A stretch of DNA of 64,000 bases from Octopus sinensis (GCF_006345805.1 NC_042998.1:1426001-1490000), one strand, 5' to 3'. Counted from the first letter of the stretch, positions 11,476 to 27,119 are shown. Numbers and translations are program-made. The notes: generated from the letters alone by a model not told the origin.

Positions 11476-13719
11476 TGCTGAAGAGAAATAAGTAAGCGAC
11501 AAGATAGATAAATAGATTCAGATATTAAAGGTATCAAAGTTGTTGAGTTTCTCCTTTAACAGAACCGTATCTATTTTCTAATTTCCAGGTATTTTGTAAC
11601 TCACGAATCAGAAATATAAATTCGCATATCAATATTCTGTGAATTATATCAATCTATTTGTGTAGGTTTTCTCAGAACTAATTCAAAAGTAATAAACTTA
11701 ATTTTAACATATTAATGCAGAAGCGCTTTTAACATATTTACGTTGAATAGTTATCTAGAAATTGATATGTGTATAAGTAAGCATAATATATTTTACCTGA
11801 AATGTTTTGGCCTTACTGTGACCTCGTTGGCGTCGCATGGCCTTGATGTTATTTGCCGAGGTAATGTTGAAAGGAACACTAAGTAAATGCACAATATGGT
11901 ACATTAATCGGTGTGGGAAAAATAATCTTGTTACATTATCAAATTCAAGGGGACATCCGGAAACAGAAGAGGTTCAATGTAATTCTGACAAATGTTACCT
12001 ATTTAAATTTTGCTATCTTTTGAATATGAAAGGCCTCTACCATACTTGTACATAGAAAGAGCAAGGCCACTTCCTGGTAGAGATATAGTTTTACATGAGA
12101 ACCATTAAAAGATAAAGATATCACTGCTGAAGGACTTTTAGACGATTTTTCTTATTTTGGTTATAAAACGTCCTTTCTCTTTAGGTAGAATGATATTTTG
12201 TAGTTTCTACGATCAAAGTCAAATAAACGTTTAATTGTTGTTTTTGTTGCATTGCTCCAGGTCACCCTTGATACAGGAAACCTATGATCAAAGCTATGAT
12301 CAAAAGCGTCCAACTCGCATCCTCTTTGTTTCAGGGACATTGTCTAGCACTCCATTTACCAATATACTATTATTTGAGAGAGATTTGGTTGTAATTTCTA
12401 GCTAGGTTGAATGACCGCCAACAGGCGCATCCTCCACTAGCTCATATAGTGACTGAATCATTTCACTAGATCATATATGTTAAATTTTATTTACAATAAT
12501 TAATATAATTCGTAAAAGAAAATCATGGCCACAGCTCTCGTGCTGAAACTGGTAACGAAAGAATAAATACGGAATAAAATTAACGGCAGCGATAAATCGC
12601 ATTACTTTTTTCTTTCCATCATTGTTACTTCCTTATTTACTGGTCTTTTTGTAGGCGAAAAGCATATCTAAAGGTTAGGACATTTAGAAAATTAATCATA
12701 TTCAGACCTGTGTTAACTCAAAGTCAAATTTTAGTTGACATATTTTTCTTTAACTACTACGAGAGACAAATCAAGACGCCGTGCTTCATCTGTTAATGTT
12801 AAGTCCTGTCCAGCTCTGATAACGCAGACCTTTGATCAAATGCCTTAAAACCGTATGAATTCCATTCTTTGTCCCTGCATTGTCCATCTGAAATTAAGCT
12901 TACCCAATATGAATTTTTGTGTGAATAGGTTGTCTGTCCATGCTGTTACAAGTTATTAGGACACGTTCAGATCTGCACTTCCTTAGTATCCAAGTAAATT
13001 CAGACAAAGAGATGGAGTTAAGTTTCTGTTTGTCTCTGATCATTGTATATGCGTATTGTATTGGGTTTTAAAGGTGTTTGCGGTAAGTCTCGTGCAATTC
13101 CTTTCACAAGCACCAGAAAGTGTCGTTTTTGAGAGAAGTGTCGATTTGCGAGTAGATTTATGTATATCCACAGTTACAAAGTTTGAGAATTTTACCACCA
13201 TTTCTAGCAGGTTGAGTGACCATATAGAGGTTCCATCGTTGACTTTTCCTTTCTTCTATCACATTCCACCTTTTGTTTATTACGTGGATAGTCTATGATC
13301 TTCTGGACAAATTATTTCTAAAACAAACTTACAAACTTGTTAGTTTATTTTATGTTTGTAATAACGCAAGAAATATTGGCACTTGGCTTTGTTGCCATAA
13401 TCGCTGAAGAAGTTGTTGATGTTGTTGCCGCTGTTTTACTACTGCTATTATGCTATCGATGTTATTTTAGTTGGTGGTAGTTTAACTGTTGCGGTTGCGG
13501 TGGTGAAACTTTTAATGATTTCCACCTCATGTAACCTCTTCAGTTTCGGTTCAGTTGCGTTCGCATTTGTTTTGTTTTTTTCTTTCCTTGTGAGGAAGAC
13601 ATATTATGTCTAGTATTAGATTCTAATCTTTATGGCAATTACGGTTTGAAAGCAACTTCCTTTTTCAGATTTCCAAAACACTGAAAGTGCGCTTCCTCAT
13701 ATATATATAAAGCTTCCCG

Positions 13720-13772
<53 letters not shown>

Positions 13773-14248
13773 TATATATATATACATACATATTTTACTT
13801 CTATTCTTACCACATTTTCTCTGAAATATACTTCTGGTGTAGAGAATGATAAATTGTCATAAAAATGACTCTTTAACTTCTCTTCTGTTACTGTAGCTCT
13901 TCTACCTCCCATCTGATATATGAAGATATTGAAGAAAAGAACACTGGATGCTAAAGAACTAAAACAGCCAGGAACAACATATATAAACTATACAGTTCGC
14001 TGCTCCGGTATCTAACAGAGAAATTCATCACGAACGCACATTTCTTAGAAGATATTTATTTCACTCGGAAAATTCAATAAGCGATGTGAACCAGACTTAG
14101 AGGTAAGATTAACAAGTTTCCTGCTTTAGAATAAGGCGAAACATTTCTTCGCTTAATCACAAATGACTCCTCCCTACGTAACCAAGCATGGCTTTTTACC
14201 CACATTAATACCAATTTCCCATATATGTATGTACGATTATATACTACA

Positions 14249-14289
<41 letters not shown>

Positions 14290-15075
14290 TATGTGAAATA
14301 AAGATGAATAATCTTGTAGTAGAATTATCAAAGTTTAACCGATCCTGTAGCAAAATCACAGCAGTGAACAGCACGGTTGAGGTACAAACCATCTGGCGTT
14401 GCAACCGTGCGTTGGTGCGGATAATTGAATTAAAACATTATGGTGAATTGAAGAAATGAGCTGAACGCAGATTGAACAGAAATCGTTTTATTTCATTCTA
14501 CCGTGTTTCGAAAGGCACATATATATATATATATATTATATATATATATATATAATATAATATATATATATATATATATGTATGTATGAATGTATTTCGT
14601 ATATATATATGTATATATATATATATATATATAATATATATAATATATATATATATATATATGTAGGTATTATATGTGTTGTGTATGTGTGTGTGTTGTG
14701 TTTGTGTTCGTAAGTTGTGTACACGTATGTCGTGTGTATGTGTTTAATGTATGTATGTATGTATATATAGTAACAAAAATAAACAAAGAAAAAACAAAAC
14801 CAGAAAAAACAACAACGCGAGGACATTATATACGCAAATATATATAGTTTCGTCTTAACTAATCACTCAATCTCAATCTCTCCACTTCTTCCGGCTTCTT
14901 TTCTTTCCTCTACCATCATGCTCTCTCTCTCTCCCTCTCTCTCTCTCTCTCTCACTCACTCTCTCTTTCTATCTCTATCTCTCTTTCTATCCCTATCTCT
15001 CTATCGCTCTTTCTTTCTCTCTCTCCCTCTATGTATTTATGTATGTATGGATGGATTATGAGTGCATATTATATA

Positions 15076-15152
<77 letters not shown>

Positions 15153-15375
15153 TATATACAAACACACACAGACACACATCATGCTCATACATATATATGC
15201 ATATACATACATATATAAGACAAGGTGTATCTGTATACATACATACGTGCATACATACATGTAAACATATGCATATATATGTATGTATATAAATCTATGT
15301 TTATGTGTATGTATGTGCGTGTGTGTACGTGTGTTTGTGTGTGTTGTACTTATGTGTCTGTATACACACACATAC

Positions 15376-15417
<42 letters not shown>

Positions 15418-15474
15418 ATTATATATATATATATACATATACGCATACATATATAAATATATATTATACATACG

Positions 15475-15513
<39 letters not shown>

Positions 15514-15819
15514 GCGCAATGGCCCAGTGGTTAGGGCAGCGGACTCGCGGTCGTAGGATCGCGGTTTCGATTGCCGGACCGAGCGTTGTGTGTGTTTATT
15601 GAGCGAAAACACATAAAGCTCCACGAGGCTCCGGTAGGGGGTGGTAGCGACCCCTGTTGTACTCTTTCGACACAACTTTTTCTCACTCTTTCTTCTGTTG
15701 GCCTGCTCGCTTAGGCAGCGGGGTGGCATCATTTGAAGGCTAAAACAGTGCGAAGTGCATTGGGATCAGCGATGTGTAGCAACATCTGATAGCCTGGTGG
15801 GTCACGGTGACGGTGACGG
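15514..15819 (+). mobile_element. SINE family E (tRNA-derived)
   Basis: Head GCGCAATGGCCCAGTGGTTAGGGCAGCGGACTC...GGTTTCGATTGCC with A/B boxes; tail (GGTGAC)2. Confidence 0.75.
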
Positions 15820-15826
15820 ATATATA

Positions 15827-15860
<34 letters not shown>

Positions 15861-16046
15861 AATGTATGTATATATAATTCTATTTCACTTAGTATTTTCC
15901 ATCACGTCTTCCTTCATCTATCTCGAAACTTACGTTTCATTTTGTTTTACACTTTTAAACACCTGTAATCACCGTCTTTAACGTGCTAATTCCTCTAGGC
16001 AAACCCTCTTTATTCATCCATCCCACAAGATCTCCCAGCTTCTTTC

Positions 16047-16077
<31 letters not shown>

Positions 16078-16196
16078 GAATTTAGATCTAGTTACTGCTA
16101 GTTCTCGGATCTAAATAGCAGTCATTAAAATTTGGACTAACAATTCACTCCAATTATATCGTTGCTGTATCATAACATTGCTTCATTGTGTCATGC

Positions 16197-16345
16197 GTTA
16201 GCGAGCCGGACAAAGTGTTCAGTGGCATTCTGTGTTTCTTTATGTTCTGAGTTAAACCTTCGGCGACGTCGTCTTTGCCTTTCATTATTTTCGTGTTGAG
16301 CGCCGGAGTCAATGTAATCGACTCTTATTCCCAAAATTTCAAGAT
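16197..16345 (+). mobile_element. SINE B, degenerate
   Basis: GCGAGCCGGAC...TTTGCCTTTCAT...AATGTAATCGACT. Confidence 0.65.
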
Positions 16346-16434
16346 TGTTGTTGCTGTTGTTGTTATCGTATTGGCGTCGGTTGTGGTGGCGGTAGTGGTG
16401 GTAGTGGTGGTGGTGGTGATGGTGGTGGTGGTAA

Positions 16435-17040
16435 TTGCAGAATTTGTGGACAAAATGGTGAAACTGTATGGCATATCACCAGTCAATGTACGCCACGACA
16501 ATATAGCAAGGCTTGTCCATTGCACATTTTGCAACAAGTATGGACTTGACAGAGCAAAAATTGGTACGACCATATACCCGAAGGCATCATCGAAAATGAT
16601 AACGCAAAGATCCTGTGAGATTTTATGATTCAGTGCGACCATGAGATAGAGAATAGGAAGCCAGACATAGTCTTAATTGAGAAAGAAAGCAAACTATGCT
16701 AGATCATAGTTACAGCATGCCCAGTATGCGATAAGGAAGGGAGAAAAGTCGGAAGCTATGACAGGTTAGCTTGGGAGGTTAAGCAGTTGTGGTGGATGAA
16801 AAAGGTGGTAGTAGTACCAGTAATTGTGGGAGCTCTGGGAACAGCGAGTAAAAATCTTGAGAAGTACATGAAACAAATAGTGGCTGCAATAAGAGTGGAG
16901 CACTTGCAGAAAACAGCGCTGCTTGGAACCACTCGAATACTCCGGAAGGTGCTCGAAAAAGAAGGGGTTTTACCTTAGTTCACTGGTAGTGAACAGCTGA
17001 CACCGTAGGACATCTCCAGCGTTAGAAGCTGTGCAAAGAT
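16435..17040 (+). mobile_element. R4/Dong-type (restriction-like endonuclease) LINE 3' fragment
   Basis: CRICGQNGETVWHITS, RHDNIARLVH, RKPDIVLIEKE, VVPVIVGALGTASKNLEKY...HLQKTALLGTTRILRKVLE across frameshifts; (AAT)n tail. Confidence 0.88.
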
Positions 17041-17049
17041 AATAATAAT

Positions 17050-17105
17050 AGTATGAATTATTATTATCATTATTATTATTATTATTATTATCATTATTAT
17101 TATTA

Positions 17106-17151
<46 letters not shown>

Positions 17152-17174
17152 CATTATCATCATTATTATTATTA

Positions 17175-17208
<34 letters not shown>

Positions 17209-17224
17209 CATTATTATTATTATT

Positions 17225-17262
<38 letters not shown>
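17050..17262. repeat. (TAT)n/(CAT)n microsatellite
   Basis: Directly visible. Confidence 0.95.
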
Positions 17263-17263
<1 letters not shown>

Positions 17264-17480
17264 GGGCGGCAAGCATGCAGACTCGTTAGCACGCCATCAA
17301 AATGCTTTGCAACATTTCGTCTGCTTTCACACTCTAAGTTCAAATATCGCCGGAGTCGACTTTGCCTTTCATTCTTTCGAGGGCGATAAAATAAGTACCA
17401 GTTGAACACTAGGGTTGATGTAATCGACTTATTCTCTCCCCCCCCCCGAAATTACTGGCTTTGTGCCAAAATTTGAAACC
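17264..17480 (+). mobile_element. SINE B, short-tail variant
   Basis: GGCGGC head, CCGGAGTCGACTTTGCCTTTCATTCTTTCGAGGGCGATAAAATAAGTACCAG core. Confidence 0.85.
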
Positions 17481-17484
17481 ATTA

Positions 17485-17805
17485 TTATTACCTCTGGAGG
17501 AGGAGGTATTGTTTTCAATCGTGTTTGTTTGTCCATGTACAAGATATCTCAGAACCGCCGGATGGATTCAGATGAAACTTTCAGGGATGTTTGGCCTTGT
17601 GACTGGCACGAACAGATCCGGTACCAGATAAGGATTCTGGACTATTTTTCCTGATTTTTTACATACTTTTTGAGAGGAGTCGGGTTTACTTTTAGTATTC
17701 TCGTTTGTGAGATATTCTCATTTTAAAATCCTCTCCGGTCAATCGTTGAGAGGACATTGGTATTGCCTTGGCGGAGGTTCGCGTTCTCTGGGTGTTCTTG
17801 TCATT
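17485..17805 (+). mobile_element. Helentron/DINE-like non-autonomous element
   Basis: Starts TTATTACCTCT..GGAGGTATTGTTTTC and ends CCTTGGCGGAGGTTCGCGTTCTCTGGGTGTTC, the subterminal inverted repeat layout of such elements (from memory). Confidence 0.55.
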
Positions 17806-17848
17806 GTTGTTATTATTATTATTATCATTATCATCATTATTATTATTA

Positions 17849-17879
<31 letters not shown>

Positions 17880-18600
17880 CTTTATTATTATTATTATCTT
17901 TATTATTATTATCTGTTGGGAACTTCCGATACATATTACAATCTCTACAAAAATCTTACACGGATATGTAAAAGTGATGGATCACTTTGTGATATTGAAG
18001 CATAAATAGTGCGAAGACTGGCTAGTTGCGCAATAGTTTGAGGAAGAATCGTCGACTGACATCTGTAGTGGCCAGTCCTATGTGATTTGATTCGATGTAT
18101 CAAAAATGGTTGCACCAAAAAAATTGCTGAAAGAAAATTATTCGAAATTTAACTGTAAATAATGAAGTGGGGGTTAAATTTGAAGAAATAGCAGCAAATC
18201 GCTTGGTTGTTTAAGCACACAACACACTTTCTTTTTTGTTTTTTTTAAGGTTGTCCTTATGCCTAGTTAAAAAGAACTAATATTTTATTAAAATATTGAG
18301 AATTTTCTTTACTGCTTGAGAGAGAAAATTTCAGCTATGACATTAACTCTTTTGATACCAAACCTCTTGAAACCGCTCTTAGAAATAGTAATATGATACA
18401 AACCTCCTCCTTTTAAAGGGATCTAAATTAAAATTTTTCATCCGAAGTAACTGATATTTCAACCACCAACTTGGTAATAATGAGATTATTTTAATGAATT
18501 GATCGTTATTTTAAAAATTAATTGGAGCAATGATAGTGTGTTTCAACATAAATTTGGTAACAAAAGAACTAACGCTTTCCTTCTCATGTAAGGTTAGTGA

Positions 18601-18835
18601 GTGAAGGCACGTGACTTAGTAATAGGGGTTCAATTTCTGAACCAGGCGGCACATTATGTCCTTGTGGAAAGCATTTCATTTCCCATTGAACCAGTCTGTT
18701 CAGCTGTAAATGGGTACCAATTGGGTACTGATGCCGCCTCTCTCCTCTTACTTGTAACATCCCAGATGTGCTACTGACTCAAGGATAATGTGGCTCAGAA
18801 GAAGCCAATGTCTGCTCAGGACTTCATAAGTAGCT
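18601..18835 (+). mobile_element. SINE D, degenerate
   Basis: GGGGTTCAATTTC B-box-like, CAGCTGTAAATGGGTACC core. Confidence 0.55.
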
Positions 18836-18868
18836 AAAACAAATTACGAAAACATTGTACCTTTTTTA

Positions 18869-19059
18869 GGCGTAGGAGTGGCTGTGTGGTAAGTAGCTTG
18901 CTTACGAACCGCATGGTTCCGGGTTCAGTCCCACTGCGTGGCACCTTGGGCATGTGTCTTCTACTATAGCCTCGGGCTGACCAAAGCCTTGAGAGGATTT
19001 GGTAGACGGAAATTGAAAGAAGCCCGCCGCATATATGTACGTATATATATGTGTGTATG

Positions 19060-19125
<66 letters not shown>

Positions 19126-19253
19126 CGTGCGTTTGTGTGTCTATGTTTGTTGCCCAAACACGGCTTGACAACCGATGCTGGTGTGTTTACGTCCCCGTAA
19201 CTTAGCGGTTCGGCAAAAGAGACCGATAGAATAAGTACTAGGCTTACAAAGAA
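18869..19253 (+). mobile_element. SINE A, 3'-truncated
   Basis: Matches 10639-11043. Confidence 0.9.
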
Positions 19254-19293
19254 CAAAGAAAAACAGGAACACATGCATACAAATATATACATA

Positions 19294-19458
19294 GGCGCAG
19301 GAGTGGCTGTGTGGTAAGTAGCTTGCTTACCAACCACATGGTTTCGGGTTCAGTCACACTGCGTAGCACCTTGGGCAAGTGTCTTCTGTTATAGCCCCAG
19401 GCAGATCGAAGCCTTGTGAGTGGATTTGGTAGACGGAAACTGAAAGAAGCCCGTCGTA

Positions 19459-19531
<73 letters not shown>

Positions 19532-19800
19532 TATGTACGTATGTATGTATGATTAGTATGTATGTAATGTATGTATATGTTTGTGTGTCTGTGTTTGTCC
19601 CACACCATCGCTTGACAACCGATACTGGTATATTTACGTCCCCATTATCTAGCGGTTCGGCAAAAGATACCGATAGGATAAGTAATAGGCTGACTAAAAA
19701 TAAGCCCTGAGGTCGATTTCTTCGACTTAAAAATACCCTTTAAGGCGGTGCTGCAGTATGACCGCAATCAAATGATTGAAACAAGTAAAAGAATAAAAGA
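19294..19800 (+). mobile_element. SINE A, full length, tandem to the previous copy
   Basis: Matches 10639-11043. Confidence 0.9.
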
Positions 19801-20297
19801 ATTCTTAATAATATTTAATTATAGAAATGCAATAGGATTTTTTATATATATCTATGCAATGGGTATGGAGGTCTAGTGGAGTAAATAGGAACCAAAGACA
19901 AAAAAATGGTTGAGAACCACTTCTATCCCTCAAGAATGTGTGAGGCATTCAACTGGGATATTCGGGGTCAGCTGTAGTATTTTTGTTTTTTTTTGCTGTT
20001 GTTTTTTCGCAGATATCGCCTGCCAAAATTGAGGTGTGCCTTTTATGCCCGTGCGCCTTATATACCCGAAAATACGGTACTTTCTACTCCATGAGTCTCC
20101 TTTTATTCCATTTTCATAGTCTGAAGCTCTTTCTTACACACTCACACACACCAGACAAAAACAAGAGAAAAAAAAGATTAGCCATAAAAGAGATTTTCTT
20201 CAATGACAAAACAAACAATTCTCACTACAAACTATAACACAAAACAAACAACAAAAATGTGTTTTAATAAATACTTCCAGCGCACACACCACACACA

Positions 20298-20343
<46 letters not shown>

Positions 20344-20956
20344 CACACACACAAACGCGCGCTTCCAGACATCCACATAAACACTGACACATCCACATAA
20401 CTCACGTGAACCCAAATAGTTTCCTTTTTCTCTATCTCTCTATCATATTTCTTTACACCTCTCTACTCTTTTACACACAAGTATTGACTTTCTTTCTTGC
20501 TTTCCTTCTTTATTTTTCTCTCATTTATTTTGTTTTTATTTTGCTTCATTTCATTATTTATTTCCTTCTTTTCGCCCTCCTTATGATCAAATCTCCTTCT
20601 ACTGTTAGAAACTTCTGACATTGAAGAAATGAAGGCGAAAAAAAAAAGGTGTACGCACATCCTCCTAATTACACTCTCTATACGATGCTGCCCTTTTCTC
20701 TTAGATCCTTATCGTCTGTATTTCATCATTGAAATAATCTCTTGCTTTCCTAAGTGAGGATAATTAAATGCGACCAAACATTTATCTTATATTTAAGATC
20801 TCAACATGTGAAACGAAGTTTTCATCGACCCTTTAATCCGTAAGTTTCGACAATATCATTCGAAGATTCAAACAAAAACGAAAATAAGAAAGAACATTAA
20901 AAAAAAGGCTAGATAAATTCCAACTACTCATTTTCCCTTTTTTTTTGTCATTGTTA

Positions 20957-21003
<47 letters not shown>

Positions 21004-21504
21004 GTTATTGTTATTGTTGTTGTTCTTGTTCCAGTAAACAATAACGTTTTCGAAGCTAAAGGCTTAACTGGAGATATATTCTCCAATTGTCAAAACTAGT
21101 AGCGCGTTCTTTCACGCAGAAACCATTCGGTTACAAAGCAAAATAAACGACGCGGATTGGATGAAGTTTTAATTGTGTTGAAGTTAGACGCAACCGAACT
21201 TCCTTAAAAATTGATAAATCTTTTTCGGATTTTACTATTTTATTTCCTTATATTTTTCGTCTATTTTTTCTTTCCTCCAAAAGAGCAACAGACACAGTTT
21301 ATGAACCACACCCTTTTGCCTTCTTAAGGACAATATCTCATTTGAACCTTTTTTTCATTATTTTCTTTGGTTGTCTCCTTTTAATTCTCTTTTATAGATG
21401 TGACAGCTTTTATATTTACATGCTTCACTTTCTTCAGAATCTAAATACATGGACAAGCATGCGATCGCACACACTTCGGTGTATACATACATACATATAT
21501 ATTT

Positions 21505-21911
21505 CTTTATTGCCCACAGGGGGCTAAACATAGAGGGGACAAACAAGGACAGACGAACGGATTAAGTCGATTATATCGACCCCAGTGCGTAACTGGTACT
21601 TATTTAATCGACCCTGAAAGAATGAAAGGCAAAATCGACCTCGGCGGAATTTGAACTCAGAACGTAATGGCAAACTAAATACCTATTTCTTTACTACCCA
21701 CAAGGGGCTAAACAGAGAGAGGACAAACAAGGACAGACAAACGGATTAAGTCGAATACATCGACTCCAGTGCGTAACTGGTATTTAATTTATCGGCCTTG
21801 AAAGGATGAAAGGCAAAGTCGACCTCGGCGGAATTTGAACTCAGAACGTAACGGCAGACGAAATACCGCTAAGCATTTCGCCCGCGCGCTAACGTTTCCG
21901 CCAGCTCGTCG
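21505..21911 (-). mobile_element. SINE B tandem dimer (full copy 21685-21911 plus 5'-truncated copy 21505-21683)
   Basis: Two abutting copies of the B body and long tail. Confidence 0.9.
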
Positions 21912-21946
21912 ACTTATACATACATACATATACATATGTGTGCATG

Positions 21947-21978
<32 letters not shown>

Positions 21979-22139
21979 CTATATATATATATTATATATA
22001 TATGTATGGATGGATGTATTTGCATCATTATTTACGATGTATGTATGTTTATGTGCGTGTATGCATGTATGTACGAATGTATGTGTGTGTGTATCATGTA
22101 TTTGTGATATAAGCATGTGTGTGCATATATAATTTGCAT

Positions 22140-22560
22140 AACTCAGATATGTTTCGGCCAAAGATTTAGCCCGGGCCATGTCTAGTTTAACAGCACCACC
22201 CGATAGGATCTGTTAAATGGTATCGTGCCCCATTCAAGTAGGGAGTTCTTGCTGACTGAGATGGCTTATACGGTATCCCTTGGAGAAATTTGTCCTGGAT
22301 TCGCTTGAAAGTGATGGGATCTTTTTCTTCTTCGATTTGTTTTGGGATAATGTTAAATAGAGCAGGGCCACTTGAGGAAAAGAAATTGTGTTACAGTAAA
22401 TGTATGTGCTGCGAGTTTGAATAGTGCAGGGGGGAGGGGCACGCGACGCCAGTCTTGGTTGAATTCCGAATCGAATGCGATGTTCTTTTGGACAATATTG
22501 CTGGTATATTCTCCACATCGTACAAATGATGTAGCACTCACAGCGACGCTTGAGAGAATA
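22140..22560 (-). mobile_element. CR1-like LINE 3' end
   Basis: RRCECYIICTMWRIY..., then FFSSSGPALFNIIPKQIEEEKDPITFKRIQDKFLQGIPYKP in a shifted frame, typical of a CR1/L2 RT C-terminus. Confidence 0.7.
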
Positions 22561-22622
22561 AGGATTCAATATCTTAAGGCGGTCTTAATAATCAAGTTCA
22601 GCCATACCTAAGTGTGTGTGTA

Positions 22623-22683
<61 letters not shown>

Positions 22684-22768
22684 GTTTAGTATATAAAAAG
22701 TTGACAGTCTTTTCTGATTTTTACCTCCCACCCCCAACTGGACTCTTTACGATTTTTGGGTAAATAAC

Positions 22769-23116
22769 AAGCGTCTTCTGCTATAGCCTCGGGCTGACCA
22801 AAGCCTTGTGAATGGATTTGGTAGACGGAAACTGAAAGAAGCCCGTCGTATATATATATATATATATATATGTAAGTATGTATGTATGTATGTATGTATG
22901 TATGTATGTATGTATGTATGTATGTATGTATGTATGTACGTGTGTGTATATGTTTGTGTGTCTGTGTTTGCCACACCAACATCGCTTGACAACCGATGCT
23001 GGTGTGTTTACATCCCCGTAAATTAGCGGTTCAGCAAAACAGACCAATAGAATAAGTACTACGCTTACAAAGAATAAGTCCTGGCCACAGTCAAATGACT
23101 GAAACAAGTAAGAGAG
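22769..23116 (+). mobile_element. SINE A lacking its head, internal tract expanded to (TATG)n
   Basis: Matches family A body and tail. Confidence 0.85.
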
Positions 23117-23204
23117 TAAACGAGTACATAAAGTATAATGCATTTGTGTGGCATGCGTGCGTGAGTTGTATGAATAGATATGTATATATATACATAGATA
23201 CGTG

Positions 23205-24634
23205 CATTCATACATACATACATACATACATACATACATACATACATACATACATACATACATACATACATACATACATACATACATGCATACATACATA
23301 CATACATACATACATGCATACACACATACATACATACATACATGCATACATACATACATACATACATACATACATGCATACATGCATACATACATACATA
23401 CATGCATACATACACACACACACACATACATACATACATACATACATACATACATACATGCATACATACACACACACACATACATACATACATACATACA
23501 TACATACATACATACATACATGCATACATACATACATACATACATACATACACACATACATACATACATACATGCATACATACATACATACATGCATACA
23601 TACATACATACATACATACATACATACATGCATACATACATACATACATACATACATACATACATACATGCATACATGCATACATACATACATACATGCA
23701 TACATACATACATACATACATGCATACATGCATACATACATACATACATGCATACATACACCCACACATACATACATACATATACATACATACATACATG
23801 CATATCATACATACTGACATACATAAAAAATAAACAAACATACATACACATACATACATACATGCATACATCATACAATACATGCATACATACATACATA
23901 CATGCATACATACATACATACATACATGCATACATACATACATACATACATCATACACACTACATACATACATACATGCATACATCACATACATACACAT
24001 GCATACATCATACATACATACATACTGCATACATACATACATACATACATACATACATACATACATACATACATACATACACACACATACATACATACAT
24101 ACATACATACATACATACATGCATACATACACAACATACATACACACATACATGCATACATCACATACATACATACACACATACATACATACATTACATA
24201 ATACATACATACATACATACATACATACATACACACAACATACATACATACATGCATACATACATACATACATACACACATACATACATACATACATACA
24301 TACATACATACATACATACATACATACATACATACATACATACATACATACCATGCATACATACACATACATACACACATACATACATACATACTACATA
24401 CATACACACATACATACATACATACATGCATACATACATACATACATGCATACATACATACATACATGCATACATACATACATACATACATACATACATA
24501 CATACATACATACATACACACATACATACACACATACATGCATACATACATACATACATACATACACACATACATACATACATACATACATACATACATA
24601 CATACATACATACATACATACATACATACATACA

Positions 24635-24664
<30 letters not shown>
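23205..24664. repeat. ~1.46-kb degenerate (CATA)n array
   Basis: Directly visible; source of the HTYI/MYVC ORFs. Confidence 0.97.
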
Positions 24665-24666
<2 letters not shown>

Positions 24667-25039
24667 GCAACATGCAGACATCAAGAAATGCTTTTCTTTT
24701 TATGCTTTATGTTACGTTTTACTTTTAGGCATAAGACGTGAGTTAGATACAGGAATATGGATAAGATTAGCTCCAACGAAAAGAAACGTTTACGAAAGGC
24801 TCCGTCTTTACTGGTCCAACAACGTCGTATTCGTACGTTCGTTGAAAAGGCCTCCATTTTTAGGCCTCAACCTAGAATGCCCTCTGGTGGACACGTGAAT
24901 AAACATGCATCGAAAGAAAAAGTTACGCTATTGAGTAGATTTTTCAACAAGCTACCAGCTGTTACGCATTTAAAGGCGTTTCGCCAATAACTGAGGCATT
25001 AAAATACCCCCACAAAAAATAGAGATGACGTAGATAAAC

Positions 25040-25132
25040 AATATATACATGTCTATATGTGGGGCTTTGAATACATATGTATATAGTCATGTATGTATAT
25101 TAGTAAACATTTGATATATATTATATATGTGC

Positions 25133-25170
<38 letters not shown>

Positions 25171-25259
25171 TCATATATGTATATGTATGTATATATAATC
25201 CATATATACTTATACATATATATATACTTATATGCATACATATATATATACATATATAT

Positions 25260-25315
<56 letters not shown>

Positions 25316-25357
25316 TATATTTAAATATATATATATGCTTTTATATATAATATATAT

Positions 25358-25390
<33 letters not shown>

Positions 25391-25495
25391 ATATATATAT
25401 ATGTATGTTATGCATATATATAGATACATGTATATGTATACATATATATATTTAAATATATTTAATTATATATACAAATATATATACACACACCC

Positions 25496-25526
<31 letters not shown>

Positions 25527-25527
25527 C

Positions 25528-25569
<42 letters not shown>

Positions 25570-25570
25570 T
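25040..25570. repeat. Degenerate (TA)n array
   Basis: Directly visible. Confidence 0.95.
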
Positions 25571-26307
25571 ACACATACGTCTCTATACAGTTTAGGGTTT
25601 ATACAGTTATAAATGTGCGTGGAGGAGGGTGAATGGGTATGAATTTATGCGCAAACACTCTTACAAACTCCCTAGAATTGCACGTACGCTCACCCCCCCC
25701 ACCAAGCACACTGTGCCCCTCCTTCGTTCTCTTTCACTTTCCTTTCTCTCTTTCTCTCTTTCTCTCTTTTTCACTCACACTGAGGCAAAGACACGCATGA
25801 TTTATGCGTTATATATTTTAGTTACGTGTATGTACACTTGAAATCATCCTATACGTGTGTGTACGTGTATGCGTGTGTGCATGCGAGCCTATGCGTATGT
25901 GTATGTGCATTGTGTGTGAGTGTGCGTGCACGGGCATGTGTATGTGTGTATGTGTGCGTGCGTGTCCATGAAAAGTTGTATATTTTTACAAGCAAATTTA
26001 TGTGTATATAGCATTTAATATATGAAGAGGTATCATCTTCCAATTTGTCCCCTTCTCTTCCGCTCTCCATGTCTGTAACCTGTTAAATATGTCCATTCCT
26101 ATGTTGAGCCGATCTATACACACACATATATCCGTAAATATGCATGTATACACAAGCATATAAACATACATTTGTGTGTGTGTATTTACACATATGCACA
26201 TGCATATGCGCGCGCGTGCGCGTGTGTGTGTATCCATATCATAGATATGTATACATCATATATATATGTATATATATATCTGTATCATATATGTATATAT
26301 ATATATA

Positions 26308-26345
<38 letters not shown>

Positions 26346-26454
26346 TATATATTTATGTACATTATATATATATATATATATATATCTATATATATATATA
26401 TATATTCATATCATAAACATGTATGCATCATATATATAGATAGATAGATAGATG

Positions 26455-27084
26455 CATATACATACATACATACATACATACAAACATACATACATACATA
26501 CATACATACATACATGTATACATACATACATACATACATACAACATACATACTACATACATACATACATACATACATACATACACACATACATTCATACA
26601 TACATACAAACATACATACTACATACATACATACATACATACATACATACATACATACAAACATACATACATACATACATACAAACATACATACATACAT
26701 ACATACATACATGCATATAATCATGTTTAGACATACAAATTTATGCAGGGAACTGCATACATAAAACAAAACATACAAATCTGCACATATACATATATAT
26801 AAAAATACCCGATTGATGTTGAAATTTCAATGACGGAGCCTTGGATCTCGGTTAGAAATCGGCTCTTTCTCTCATAGCAAGAAATATTGAAGTAAAACTG
26901 AATAATGACATACATGCATACATACATGCATACATACATACATACATACATACATACATACATACACCACACACACACATACATACATACATACATACAT
27001 ACATACATACATACATACATACATACATACATACATACATACATACGTACGTACGTACGTACGTACATACATACATACATACAT

Positions 27085-27119
<35 letters not shown>

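Noticed and set aside
22145-22190. GGCC...GGCCGAAACATAT on the minus strand, HHR-like
   Set aside because: No CUGANGA core; lies in the CR1-like 3' tail.
22781-24728. Long ORFs of 200-500 aa (MYVC/HTYI repeats)
   Set aside because: Translations of (CATA)n, which lacks stops in several frames.
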